Of a DNA stretch of 64,000 bases, positions 27,506 through 39,171 are shown one piece after another (position 1 is the stretch's first letter; each line of letters starts with the position of its first letter). The translations under genes were made by a program, and so were the position numbers. The notes beneath the pieces are model-generated. The model did not search any database. It worked only from the letters and a program-made list of their open reading frames with translations, and was not told the origin of the DNA. The stretch spans positions 2,440,285 through 2,504,284 of the forward strand of contig NW_003314271.1 in NCBI RefSeq assembly GCF_000143415.4, read 5' to 3'. This stretch comes from Selaginella moellendorffii. Lineage: Eukaryota > Plantae > Lycopodiophyta.

Positions 27506-28608
27506 TGTAAGCGACTAATTTTTCCATTCCGCTTTAGTCACTTAACCACACCTCCGACCACTTGGAGGAGTCTCATTCACAACCTCCATCAGTCCAATTC
27601 AGGACTTGGGACTTGCTAGCCCCAAGAATGGCATCCATGCCACTCCACACTTGCACCTGGTCCAAGTGCTCCACGTGTCCGGTCCTGAGACCGACACCCA
27701 AAGGTACCACTGACATCTCGGCCCGTTACGCTAAGGCCATGCCCATTCACCTTTGCTGCACTAGTGGTTCAACACCACTTGCATCACCACCTCGTCTCTC
27801 CAAGACTGGGCCATGTGTCCACGAGGGGTCATCCTAGATCCACTCCTTAGCATCCTTAGGATGCCCACAGACCTGGGGAATTGCCTTCCCCAAAGTCCCT
27901 TTGTCAGTTCCTACCAAGTCCCTTTCTGCCCCTGGCCGTGTTTGCCAACATTGCCACTGGATCGAGGCCCACTGGCCCGACCCCTAAGTCCCACGGTCCT
28001 CTGGGACTTCCTCACCACATGACTGTGTCCTTGGTCACTACCCCAGAGGACTACTCCTCTTCCTTTCCACAGTCTGGGCCTTTGGGACAACATTTCGGAA
28101 CACCGTGGCCTTACGCGAGCCACCTGGGTACTCTCCCCACCTATCGCCTTTAGGTGCTCTAGCCATGGGCTTAGAGTGAGGTTCCGTTGAGCCACGCCTG
28201 GTATCCAAGTAGGTAGTGCCACCCACACTTGGACTGGGAGCATCGGCCAGTCGATCTCCCGGGGGAACTAGAGCCGGCTCTTGAACACTTCACCAAGCTA
28301 CCCCGCTTGTCGGTCCATGTTCACTCTAGTCTTGGACTTCCCAGTGGTCAGCTCAGCACCCAACACTGGGTCCGGCCTTCCTGGGCCAAACTGGCCTTTC
28401 CTGGCCAAACTGGCTCCACTGCAGTCCTCCCCCTACTATACTTTTGGGGCTCACCAAACCCCCCAGGGTCTGGGAGACGAACGCTTTGGGCTTTCACCCT
28501 CTCAGGCTCCGGACTCGGACTCGGACTCGGACTCGGACTCGGATTCGGACTCGGACTCGGGCTCGGGCTCGGTCTCGGCCTCGGCCTCGGTCTCGGTCTC
28601 GGTCCCGA

Positions 28609-28646
<38 letters not shown>

Positions 28647-31600
28647 CCGGTCTCGGTCTCGACTTCGGACTCCATCTCGGACTCCATCTCGGACTCCATC
28701 TCGGACTCCATCTCGGGTCCATCTCGGACTCCATCTCGGACTCCATCTCGGGTCCATCTCGGACTCCATCTCGGACTCCATTTCGGGTCCATCTCGGGTC
28801 CACCTCGGACTCCATCTCGGACTCCATCTCGGGTCCATCTCGGACTCCACCTCGGACTCCAACTCGGGTCCATCTCGGGTCCACCTCGGACTCCACTTCG
28901 GACTCCATCTCGGGTCCATCTCGGACTCAACTTCGGACTCCAACTCGGGTCCATCTCGGACTCCACTTCGGACTCCAACTCGGGTCCATCTCGGACTCCA
29001 CTTCGGACTCCAACTCGAGTCCATTTCGGACACTCCCACGTCTCATGTGTTGGTCCTTTTGGGTCCCTTTTTGGAGCCTCGCCTTTTGCTCGCTTCGTGC
29101 TCGTTCCTCGAGCACTTCGTTGGGAGTTCCACTCCCGCTTTTGACTTTTCAAGTCGGGGCTTTTGGTCCAAACGTGTTACGCTCGTTTGGCTCTCGCTTC
29201 GGCCACTACCATGTGGCGCCCTTCCGGCTCCACTTTGGGGCCTAGGGATTTTGTGTCTCACAACTCCACCACCCATAGACGAAGTTCGATGTCCTCATCG
29301 AACGGTAAACCATTTTGTAAAGTAACACTCGTATGTGTTACCATTTCCATCCTTGGCACCTAGCCAATATTTGTCAATGGTTTGACATTGAAGGCTCACC
29401 ATGCCTTTTGCATATGCCTCAATGGTTTGACACCAAAGGCTCACCATGCCTTGCCTATCCTCTAAGGAGGGTAGTCTCCCCAACTTAGAGACTGATTGGA
29501 CCACAAGGAGTGGTTCTCTCCTTTTATTGGTTTAGTTCTCGCTAAACCTCTTAGAGACCCTTCTCTAAGTCAATCCCACTACTCCTTCTCGAGTAGTCTC
29601 AATTTCCATCGATATAACCTTTGCACTTTGGAACTTTGAATTTTGACTTCTTGGAGTCAATTTCCTAGGTGTCTCCGACACCTTGCCTTGCACCTTTTGT
29701 GCAACTCCACTTCCCATCCTAGGAAGTTCTCTACTCGAGGGCACCATCATCCTCTCTTCTATTTCGTGCCAAAGTTCCAGTTATCATACTTTGTGCTAGG
29801 GCTGTTCATCGCCCTATCATTTGGCTACCTTACCACTCCCTCCCTTGGAGCTTCCACTTTTGCCAAATCGGAGCAATTCGGAATCCCTCCTTGGAAACAC
29901 ACTTCCTTTCCTGCAACTTGTTAGCGTCCAACACATTAGTGTTCCTCGCCTAACTTTGTCACTTGGATTCCTTCCAAGGGATTCCACGGCCCTATCTTGG
30001 CCATTCATCTTTTGCTCCTATCCGTTGATTGTTGCACCAAGCAACATCGAATCTCTACCTCCCTCCTTGAGGTATTGTTTCGGTTCCATAGCAAAGACTC
30101 TTCTTTGCCAAGTCCGGAGGATGTTCACCCCTAGTACGTCTCTTTAGCATCTTCTGCTATGGGCTCTATCCACGGCCCAATTTCGTGACCCTCCCATGGG
30201 TCTTTTATAGAGACTACTTTCCTCGGACTCACTTTGCCATCGCACGGACATAGTTTATTTCCCTTAGGTGCTCTTCCCACTTGGTTATCACGACCAAGCC
30301 ACACCACCTTAAGCAGTTCAATTTCAACATTTTGAACCAGGAACTTCATTCCTTAGCCAACCAAGGACCTTGTCCTTTTCTGGCCATAAGATCACCTAGT
30401 GATCTCACCTTGGCAGCTTAACAGAGTTGCCAATAGGTACTTGGTTTTCTAGACCTCCAAGTTGTTGACTATAACCCCGGGGGCATCCCCCACACTTGGC
30501 GGTGCACCCAAGCTAGCCCTTACGGCCAAGGGTTCATAGCAACTGAGATTAGGTGTCCCCATCTCACTCACCACGACCTTGGTGCCACTTGCACCAAAGT
30601 GTTCAAGTTAGATATGCTGAGCTTTCACACTAAGCAATCTAACCGTGCATCACGACTCCGAGGCATCCCTCGCTTGGCGGTGTGCCCAAACCAGTCTCCC
30701 CACTGAGAGTCCATGACCACCGAAATATGAGTGTCCTCATATTCCAAACCATCACCACGCCCTAGTGATTTGGGACTCGAACCCAAGCACTAGAGGGTCG
30801 GGACTCGAACCCAACCTCCGTATATGCATCTACGAACGGCATCACACTAGATGCCTGGCGTGACTCCCCACGCCGGTGCACCAACCTACTTTTAAAGCGC
30901 GCTACAGATCACAGCTTAGGAACCTAGTTCCTCCACACTGCCAAGTCCTCTCACTTGACATGTCTGTGATCATGCATGGACTCCTCCATGCTCGGCCCCC
31001 TGGCCCACCCTTTTTGAAGATATCACCTTCAACTAGGGTCTTTGTTCCCCCGACGTGCCAATCTCACTTGGCAAGTCCTCCGACCATTGTAACATGGTTC
31101 CTGCATAAGCGTGAAAGTCCTTGACCATCGACTTTTGTTCAAAGCCCTCTCTTTGAACACTTGGGAACTACTTCCCTAACCTTGATAACCTTGCCTCATG
31201 GCAAGCTTCAAGACCACGCTTCTGCTGCGCCACTCTGATTTCGCGCGTTCCATGAACCATTTACACTTGGCCTTTCTAGGTACTAAGCTACCTAGAATCG
31301 TCTTTGGGAACCTTGAAGGAACTCTGTCCCTCAGCTTGCTAAGGCCTCCCTTTTTGCAAGCCTTCAAAATGCCACATAGTCTAACATGGACAATTCCATA
31401 TTTTAGACTCTCCATGGCATCACGGTTGCTAGCGGCAACACCCTCGAGCCCCCACTTGATTCTCCACTCCCAGCTGGCATAACCAACCTTGGTTATGCCC
31501 TTCGATTCCTATGGTTTGGTTCTATCCCCTTACTACTTGCTTTTTGGCTTCACACCTTTCCTTTGGTCATTCTCCTCAAGACTAGGAGGATAGCTTTGCA

Positions 31601-34460
31601 CTTTCTATCACGCTTTAGCAAGTATTCTTAGGGATGAACCTACCCAATAGCCTAGGGAGTGGTTCCTCAATCCGGGTATGCTCACCTTATAATCCCACAC
31701 ACTGGAATTACATTGTTGCTTATGGGCCTTTACATGCCCATCACTAGCCTTGCCAAAATTCCATTTTTGGCTTTGTCCAACTCGGGTAGACAGTCTCTCC
31801 TGTCTCCGCAACCTTGGACATTTGGATAGCATCTTCTATCCATCATTCGCTAGGGACTTAGTCCCTTGGGCTTTATCCATTGCCCTCGCGACATCAAACA
31901 CCACCTTCTGGTGTTCTAGAGTGTTCGGGTGTCCCAATGATGGCTCTCTTGACAATGAGTATTTCCTTTTATGACATTGACTTACTATATCGCAACACAA
32001 GCAACTTATCCCCCGTAAGGGTATATCCAACTTCCTTATGCTATTAAGAAGTCTTGGGTAGCTACCTTCTACCCGTTTAACAAGTTATTTTGCACCTCTT
32101 GCTTAGTTGCCTCATAGTTGTCAAGTCCTACAACTCATTGCTTGGTGCTTTCACACCTCCATCATTATCTGGGTCACCACACTCCAACTGCATGCTCTAC
32201 AGCTTAGGCTATGCCATTCCCATTTCCATTGGGATTCCTTTGGCAAGGGGTTCTCATGAACCCACCATCATAGCCTCAAGGTATCACACCTTGGCACATT
32301 TGGTGTCTCCACACCATTGGCTCCACGAGCCTACCTCTATGACATTTCCCCTTCGTGTTTAAGTCTTTGCCAAGACCAACACCGCTCTTTCTCATACCAA
32401 CCATCTGTTAGCACTGCCCCATATAGGTCACACACAACTTTATGTCAAAGTTGTTTTCTTCTGGGAACACCTTTCTCATAACTTTAGCATGGCACATTTT
32501 GCCATCGATGAGATACCCTCTGTTCTCATCTTTGGATCCTATGATCCCACCCCATCCTTTGTGGGGTACAACGCACCTCAGTCCAAATGCTTCATTCAGT
32601 CCTTTTAGGACCATCCGTTGACTCTACTTGAGTCATCCAGCAGTTTTGGACTTGGTCAATCCACAGACCCGTAAGGTCCTACTTGTGAGGCACTAGCTCA
32701 CTGGAATACACTTCTTGCATTCCTGTCCTACTCAAAAGGACTATTTTCACAAGTGTTACTCCGACACTTGATTTTGTTCTCTGGGGGCAACCTTTGCCCC
32801 TTAGGACTACTTGTCCATATGATGAGAATACCACTCATCCACTCAATACACCCCCAACTCCTTGGGTTGTTCCAGCATTTATTAAAGGTAGCCCCGGCTA
32901 CCATTTCAAGGACTTGAGTCCTCTTCCGTATTTGACCTTCCACGGTCCTTACCTTTGGTCTCACATTCATGAGCACCAACCTCAACTATATGAGGATAAT
33001 CTTGTGACTCCTTTATTGTTTTGGAGTCTCTATCTTTCCCGTGATCCCAACTTTAGTTGTTTACCACAACAACCTTAGCCAATTTGCTGAGACAAATGCT
33101 CATCCGGATCACATCCTCAACTCAATGAGGAAAACCTTGCACTGTTCCCAAGATCCCAAAGTCGTTCCATTATTGGCCCTTTTCTATCCACCACCTCGTC
33201 TACAAGTTCACACATGAACTGTAATGGAGAGCCATGTCTTCCCGACTTGCTACTCCTCAAGGATAGACCCACTCCTTGGACCTTCCGATGCCAACACTAG
33301 TGGTGATATACTTGAGCACCAATAAAAGTCGGACTAAGGAACAGCTCTGATACCAAATTGTAAGCGACTAAAAGCTACCTCCGCTTTAGTCACTTAACCA
33401 CACCTCCGACCACTTGGAGGAGTCTCATTCACAACCTCCATCAGTCCAATTCAGGACTTGGGACTTGCTAGCCCCAAGAATGGCATCCATGCCACTCCAC
33501 ACTTGCACCTGGTCCAAGTGCTCCACGTGTCCGGTCCTGAGACCGACACCCAAAGGTACCACTGACATCTCGGCCCGTTACGCTAAGGCCATGCCCATTC
33601 ACCTTTGCTGCACTAGTGGTTCAACACCACTTGCATCACCACCTCGTCTCTCCAAGACTGGGCCATGTGTCCACGAGGGGTCATCCTAGATCCACTCCTT
33701 AGCATCCTTAGGATGCCCACAGACCTGGGGAATTGCCTTCCCCAAAGTCCCTTTGTCAGTTCCTACCAAGTCCCTTTCTGCCCCTGGCCGTGTTTGCCAA
33801 CACTGCCACTGGATCGAGGCCCACTGGCCCGACCCCTAAGTCCCACGGTCCTCTGGGACTTCCTCACCACATGACTGTGTCCTTGGTCACTACCCCAGAG
33901 GACTACTCCTCTTCCTTTCCACAGTCTGGGCCTTTGGGACAACATTTCGGAACACCGTGGCCTTACGCGAGCCACCTGGGTACTCTCCCCACCTATCGCC
34001 TTTAGGTGCTCTAGCCATGGGCTTAGAGCGAGGTTCCGTTGAGCCACGCCTGGTATCCAAGTAGGTAGTGCCACCCACACTTGGACTGGGAGCATCGGCC
34101 AGTCGATCTCCCGGGGGAACTAGAGCCGGCTCTTGAACACTTCACCAAGCTACCCCGCTTGTCGGTCCATGTTCACTCTAGTCTTGGACTTCCCAGTGGT
34201 CAGCTCAGCACCCAACACTGGGTCCGGCCTTCCTGGGCCAAACTGGCCTTTCCTGGCCAAACTGGCTCCACTGCAGTCCTCCCCCTACTATACTTTTGGG
34301 GCTCACCAAACCCCCCAGGGTCTGGGAGACGAACGCTTTGGGCTTTCACCCTCTCAGGCTCCGGACTCGGACTCGGACTCGGACTCGGACTCGGATTCGG
34401 ACTCGGACTCGGGCTCGGGCTCGGTCTCGGCCTCGGCCTCGGTCTCGGTCTCGGTCCCGA

Positions 34461-34498
<38 letters not shown>

Positions 34499-35114
34499 CC
34501 GGTCTCGGTCTCGACTTCGGACTCCATCTCGGACTCCATCTCGGACTCCATCTCGGACTCCATCTCGGGTCCATCTCGGACTCCATCTCGGACTCCATCT
34601 CGGGTCCATCTCGGACTCCATCTCGGACTCCATTTCGGGTCCATCTCGGGTCCACCTCGGACTCCATCTCGGACTCCATCTCGGGTCCATCTCGGACTCC
34701 ACCTCGGACTCCAACTCGGGTCCATCTCGGGTCCACCTCGGACTCCACTTCGGACTCCATCTCGGGTCCATCTCGGACTCAACTTCGGACTCCAACTCGG
34801 GTCCATCTCGGACTCCACTTCGGACTCCAACTCGGGTCCATCTCGGACTCCACTTCGGACTCCAACTCGAGTCCATTTCGGACACTCCCACGTCTCATGT
34901 GTTGGTCCTTTTGGGTCCCTTTTTGGAGCCTCGCCTTTTGCTCGCTTCGTGCTCGTTCCTCGAGCACTTCGTTGGGAGTTCCACTCCCGCTTTTGACTTT
35001 TCAAGTCGGGGCTTTTGGTCCAAACGTGTTACACTCGTTTGGCTCTCGCTTCGGCCACTACCATGTGGCGCCCTTCCGGCTCCACTTTGGGGCCTAGGGA
35101 TTTTGTGTCTCACA
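27506..35114 (-). mobile_element. Young full-length non-autonomous LTR element (LARD-like family A)
   Basis: LTRs 27506-29262 and 33359-35114 are nearly identical. PBS complement 33344-33355, PPT complement 29263-29274, perfect TSD ATTTT (27501-27505 and 35115-35119). The 4.1-kb interior has no long ORF. Confidence 0.95.
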
Positions 35115-35119
35115 ATTTT

Positions 35120-35920
35120 CAGATGGTGTTTGGTATGGATTTCTTCAACAAGTATATAAAAGGGATTTATGGTGCTGGACAAAGTCGTATCATGTTAAAG
35201 TCAGAAGGACATCTTTATGTATCCTTTCAGTTGCAAAAGCGTTCCTTAAAGGATTGGGATGCAAAGTTCCTGACTGCGAGGGCCGCTCAAAAAGCAGCTA
35301 AGAAGGGATGTCGGACCTTTTGGGTTCAAGTGATGGAAGCTGAGAGTGTTGGTGACTCAGTTCGAATCGGTGACGGGGTCGATCCTATACCACAGAAGAT
35401 ATTGGAGTTGTTGGCATGGAATCAGGATATCTTTCCGAAGGATTTGCCACCAGGGCTACCTCCTAGCCGGGAGGTTGATCATCGGATTGAGGTTATTCTG
35501 GGTTCTAAACCACCTACGAAAGCTCTATATCGGTTGAACATCAAGGAGATGGCTGAACTCAAGAAGTAACTTACGGAGCTTCTTGACAAAGGTCATATTC
35601 GACCAAGCAAGTCACCTTATGGAGCACCAGTCCTTTTTGTTATGAAAAAGGATGGAACCATGAGGATGTGTATTGACTATCAGGCACTCAACAAGATCAC
35701 GGTTAAAAATAGTTATCCTTTGCCTCACATTGATGACTTGTTTGACCAACTCTTAAAGGCTAAGTATTTTACGCGACTTGATTTACGGTCCGGGTATCAT
35801 CAGATACGGGTGGCAGATCAGGATGTGGAGAAGACAACCTTTAAGACTTGGTATGGATCTTATGAGTTCCTTGTCATGCTGTTCGGGTTATGCAATGCTC
35901 CAACAACGTTCAGCACTATG
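35120..35920 (+). pseudogene. Chromovirus protease C-part and RT N-part
   Basis: FQMVFGMDF; LPPGLPPSREVDHRIE; [19 protein letters not shown]; [11 protein letters not shown]. Confidence 0.95.
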
Positions 35921-36599
35921 AAGCTCTATTTCGTTAAAGTGGGAATTGTCATTATCCCACTTGTAAAATAAGGTTTCCAAACCTTTATATAGTATATAAA
36001 TATAACAAAATTCAATTGCATTGAGGCACATGCCATTTTATTTTAAATAAGGAAATGTCTACTCAATCACTTCTCCTCCCCCTGCCACTGCTTCACCTCT
36101 CTCTTCTCCTTGTCATCGTCGTCCAATTTCTTTCCATCCTTTTAATATTGGCTCAGTTGCTCCGAGTCTAGGTGGAGCCCAAGTCCCCATTCAATCTTTA
36201 CTTTCCCCTTATTAATAAAACAACTTCGTAGACTTCCAATAACATGCTGTAACACTTCTAGTATAATGCAAATCCTCTCAAAGAATTGTCTTTTAATATT
36301 AATACAATGGCATGGAACCCCATGCTATAATAAGTTACATTTTTAAATAAATACATGCAATCTCAGACTATTATTTTTTGCCTCCAACGCCTATACAATA
36401 ATCTTGGAATTTCATCACTCTCCACACTATCAGGATTTAAACCCAATAGTAATGCCATCTCTTCTCTAATACGTCCACGCTCATGTTCAGTGGTCGAAGA
36501 ACCCATTCGGTTGAGCAGATTATGGAGATGCGGATAGTGCTTGGCTAGACAATATACATGCCATAAATGATGACTGGTGTCTGTCCGATCAAATGGCTT

Positions 36600-37247
36600 C
36601 TAATATACCGTTCCATCTGCCATTTGGTTGATTTCTGCAGCCACCTCTTGGACTGGCCGGTTCTCTATCACCATCGCTCCAAGCCGTTTTGCAAGGTCCC
36701 CCAGAACATACGGTTTCTTCTCCCTAGTTTCCATACTGCAAGAGATGGGGTGCACTGCATATGTGTGCGTGTTCGCTGCAGTTTTAATCGGCGAGTCATC
36801 GATGATGAGGATTTCACTTGACCTAGCAGTCCGGTTCATCACTACAGCCTCTGGCTTGACGAAGATGGGCTTGCTACCCCTCACATGGACCATAGTCAAG
36901 CAATCCTCCTGCGTTAGGAGAAAGTCAAATGGTAATATTACTCGCGTCTGATCGTGCATCATCTGTAGCAACGTTAATGCATTGTGGCGCATCATGGATG
37001 TCCAAACTCCCAATTGCAAATTGAACCCGGCCCTCTGTTTTAAGTGTCGCATGGTCATTATTAGATCCCGCAGTTTCTCCCGTGTGATTAATGTGAATCT
37101 GTCTCTTTTGACCAACTTGCGACCGCAGACTTTGGAGGGTGCAATGACATTCGAGGACGAGTCACGCTCATGGGAGAAAAGGACACTGTTCAGATCAAAA
37201 ACGATACAGTACCTTCGCCGTGACTCTGAAATGAAATGCGTCAGCAT
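36600..37247 (-). CDS. FCP1/NIF-type HAD phosphatase-like domain (probably a 3' exon of the cargo gene)
   Basis: Motif I-like CIVFDLNSVL, VWTS, and ILIIDDSPIK...N...AVHP. A phase-compatible 47-nt GT-AG intron (37227-37273) links it to ORF 37241-37879. Confidence 0.75.
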   Translation of the reverse strand: MLTHFISESRRRYCIVFDLNSVLFSHERDSSSNVIAPSKVCGRKLVKRDRFTLITREKLRDLIMTMRHLKQRAGFNLQLGVWTSMMRHNALTLLQMMHDQTRVILPFDFLLTQEDCLTMVHVRGSKPIFVKPEAVVMNRTARSSEILIIDDSPIKTAANTHTYAVHPISCSMETREKKPYVLGDLAKRLGAMVIENRPVQEVAAEINQMADGTVY

Positions 37248-37273
37248 AAAAAATGGTACAAGTCAATTTTACC

Positions 37274-39121
37274 ATCTACAATATTAGCGAATGTTGCTCC
37301 CGATGGTCGTTGAGAGGGTTTTGGTCGAGGAAACGTGAAGGGCGGAAATACTCTCCTCTGCAATGTGGGGTCAATCGCATCCGATGGCGTGTGGGCACAT
37401 GCCATTTCAGCTGTAGACTCTCGTACAACTGGCTCAACAGTGGCATGGGGTGGTTCCGATGGCGTGTGAGCACACGCCATTTCAGCTGGTGCCTCCATTG
37501 GCAAAGTGGACATGACCGAACAGGCAGCAGGGGCGGTGTAGGGAGGTTCCAACGGCGCGTAGTCAGACGATTGGGCACACGTTGAGTCCGTTGGAAATGA
37601 GGATACGACCGGCTCGGCGGCTGGGGCGGCCTCATGTGGGTCCAATGGCGCCTGGTCACCGTCAGTTGGATACGTGGACAAGATTGACTCAGTGGTATGG
37701 GCAGCATCAAGTGGAGCGTGGTCAGCTTGCTTGGCGTTGATATGGATAGTAGCCTCCACCAGCTCTGATGACTCTTGCAGCCAAGTAGAGTCCACTGGCA
37801 GATCCATATGCATGTCCAAATATCTCCCTTCGATTGAGATGGTATCCTCCCGTGCTACTAAAAACAAACTCATTAGCACATTGAATCGACTATACTGTAT
37901 TTACCATCAACTGCTATTGAGGAACTAGGACCGATATCACTTGGGCGCACTGCTGATTCTGAAGGATTGGACATACATTTCGACCCTTGCTTGGCACTAT
38001 CCTTCCTCGACACTAAAGGCTAGAGTTTGTAAATTCAACTGAATAATCTCTACTTACCATTTGCTCTGCGACCTACATGGACAATGTTAGAAATGGTAAA
38101 AGGTTAGGAATGGATGTACTATTATTTACCTGATGGTTTGTCTTGTATGACCTTCCTCCGCTACTCTTTGGCCACCTCAGGCTGGCCATCGTCGTTATCA
38201 TCGTCGTCGTCGTTATTATGATCGTCACCATTGTGAGGACCATCCAAGTCCTCTTCGTCCTCCTCTTCTTTGTCCTCCTCTTCGTCCTTCTGCTCTTCCT
38301 GCTCATTATCTTTCTCTGGCTCCTCATCCCCCTCCTGCATTTCTTCCATAGGCTGCTCAGGCTGGATGGCTTGTTCTTCCAGGACCATCTTGGGAAAATC
38401 ATCTGGCCGAGTCTCCATCTCAAAATACAAGACATCCATAGCCTGTTTTAGTGCGTGACCTAGGACCGTATCCTCACCCGACTGTCTTAACATGGTTTCT
38501 GCACGTTCTTGCACCCTTCGAAGACGACGAGATGAGAAAAACGTGGCCCTGACTTGAAAAGCATCCCTCATCCATTGTACCTCTCCATTGAGATTGGGGA
38601 AGGGGAGTCCGCCATAGGAATCTGAGTCATGAGGTGGTGACTGCCTGCTTTCACTCAGCCCTTGATCTGCAATGAATGGCATGAGCACACACGCCATAAC
38701 CGCGAGGCATTACCTATCATCTTTTTGTTGCCCTTCTTCCTTTTCGAATCAAACGCCTCTGATCTCGACGACTGTCCAACGTGCTTTCGCTTTTTATGAC
38801 CACTGTCAGTTTGAGCTTGGCTGGTGCTTGCCTGTTTTGCCTTTGAAGAAGTTTCTCCTGCAAGGAATGGCATGAGACCACACGCCATTGCAAATATAAT
38901 TTGTACCTCCTTTTTTCCTATTGCTTGTCTGTTTGTCCTTCTTCGATGCGCCACCAGTGCGCTTTTCAGTCCTCGTGTCTGAATATTCACAACGATCTAT
39001 AATCAAAATGGCGTGAGGCCTCACGTGACCTTACCTTGTGCAGGTTGTGAGCTCGGCCCAACATGGGTATCTTCAACAGTAGCTGTTAACGCCGTTTCAG
39101 CATCTGGGGGTGGCCACGCTC
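37274..39121 (-). CDS. Low-complexity and acidic linker exons of the cargo gene
   Basis: Phase-1 GT-AG introns at 39122-39171, 38979-39034, 38858-38906 and 38667-38713 keep one open frame from the 864-aa ORF into the D/E-rich ORF 38161-38697. A TAG occurs at 38161, and the exon structure between 37880 and 38160 is unresolved. Confidence 0.55.
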
Positions 39122-39171
39122 CTGCATACAGAGCTTGTGAAATAACATTTAAACTTAAAGTGTGTACTCAC

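Noticed and set aside
28229-29325. Long RS/LG/SD-repeat ORFs (also 8359-9168, 34081-35159 and 2166-2708)
   Set aside because: They arise in all six frames from the stop-free LTR minisatellite and are not SR proteins.
29263-33358. Possible decayed copia-like pol in the LARD interior
   Set aside because: Only vague resemblances, with no convincing RT, integrase or protease motif. A translated HMM search would be needed.
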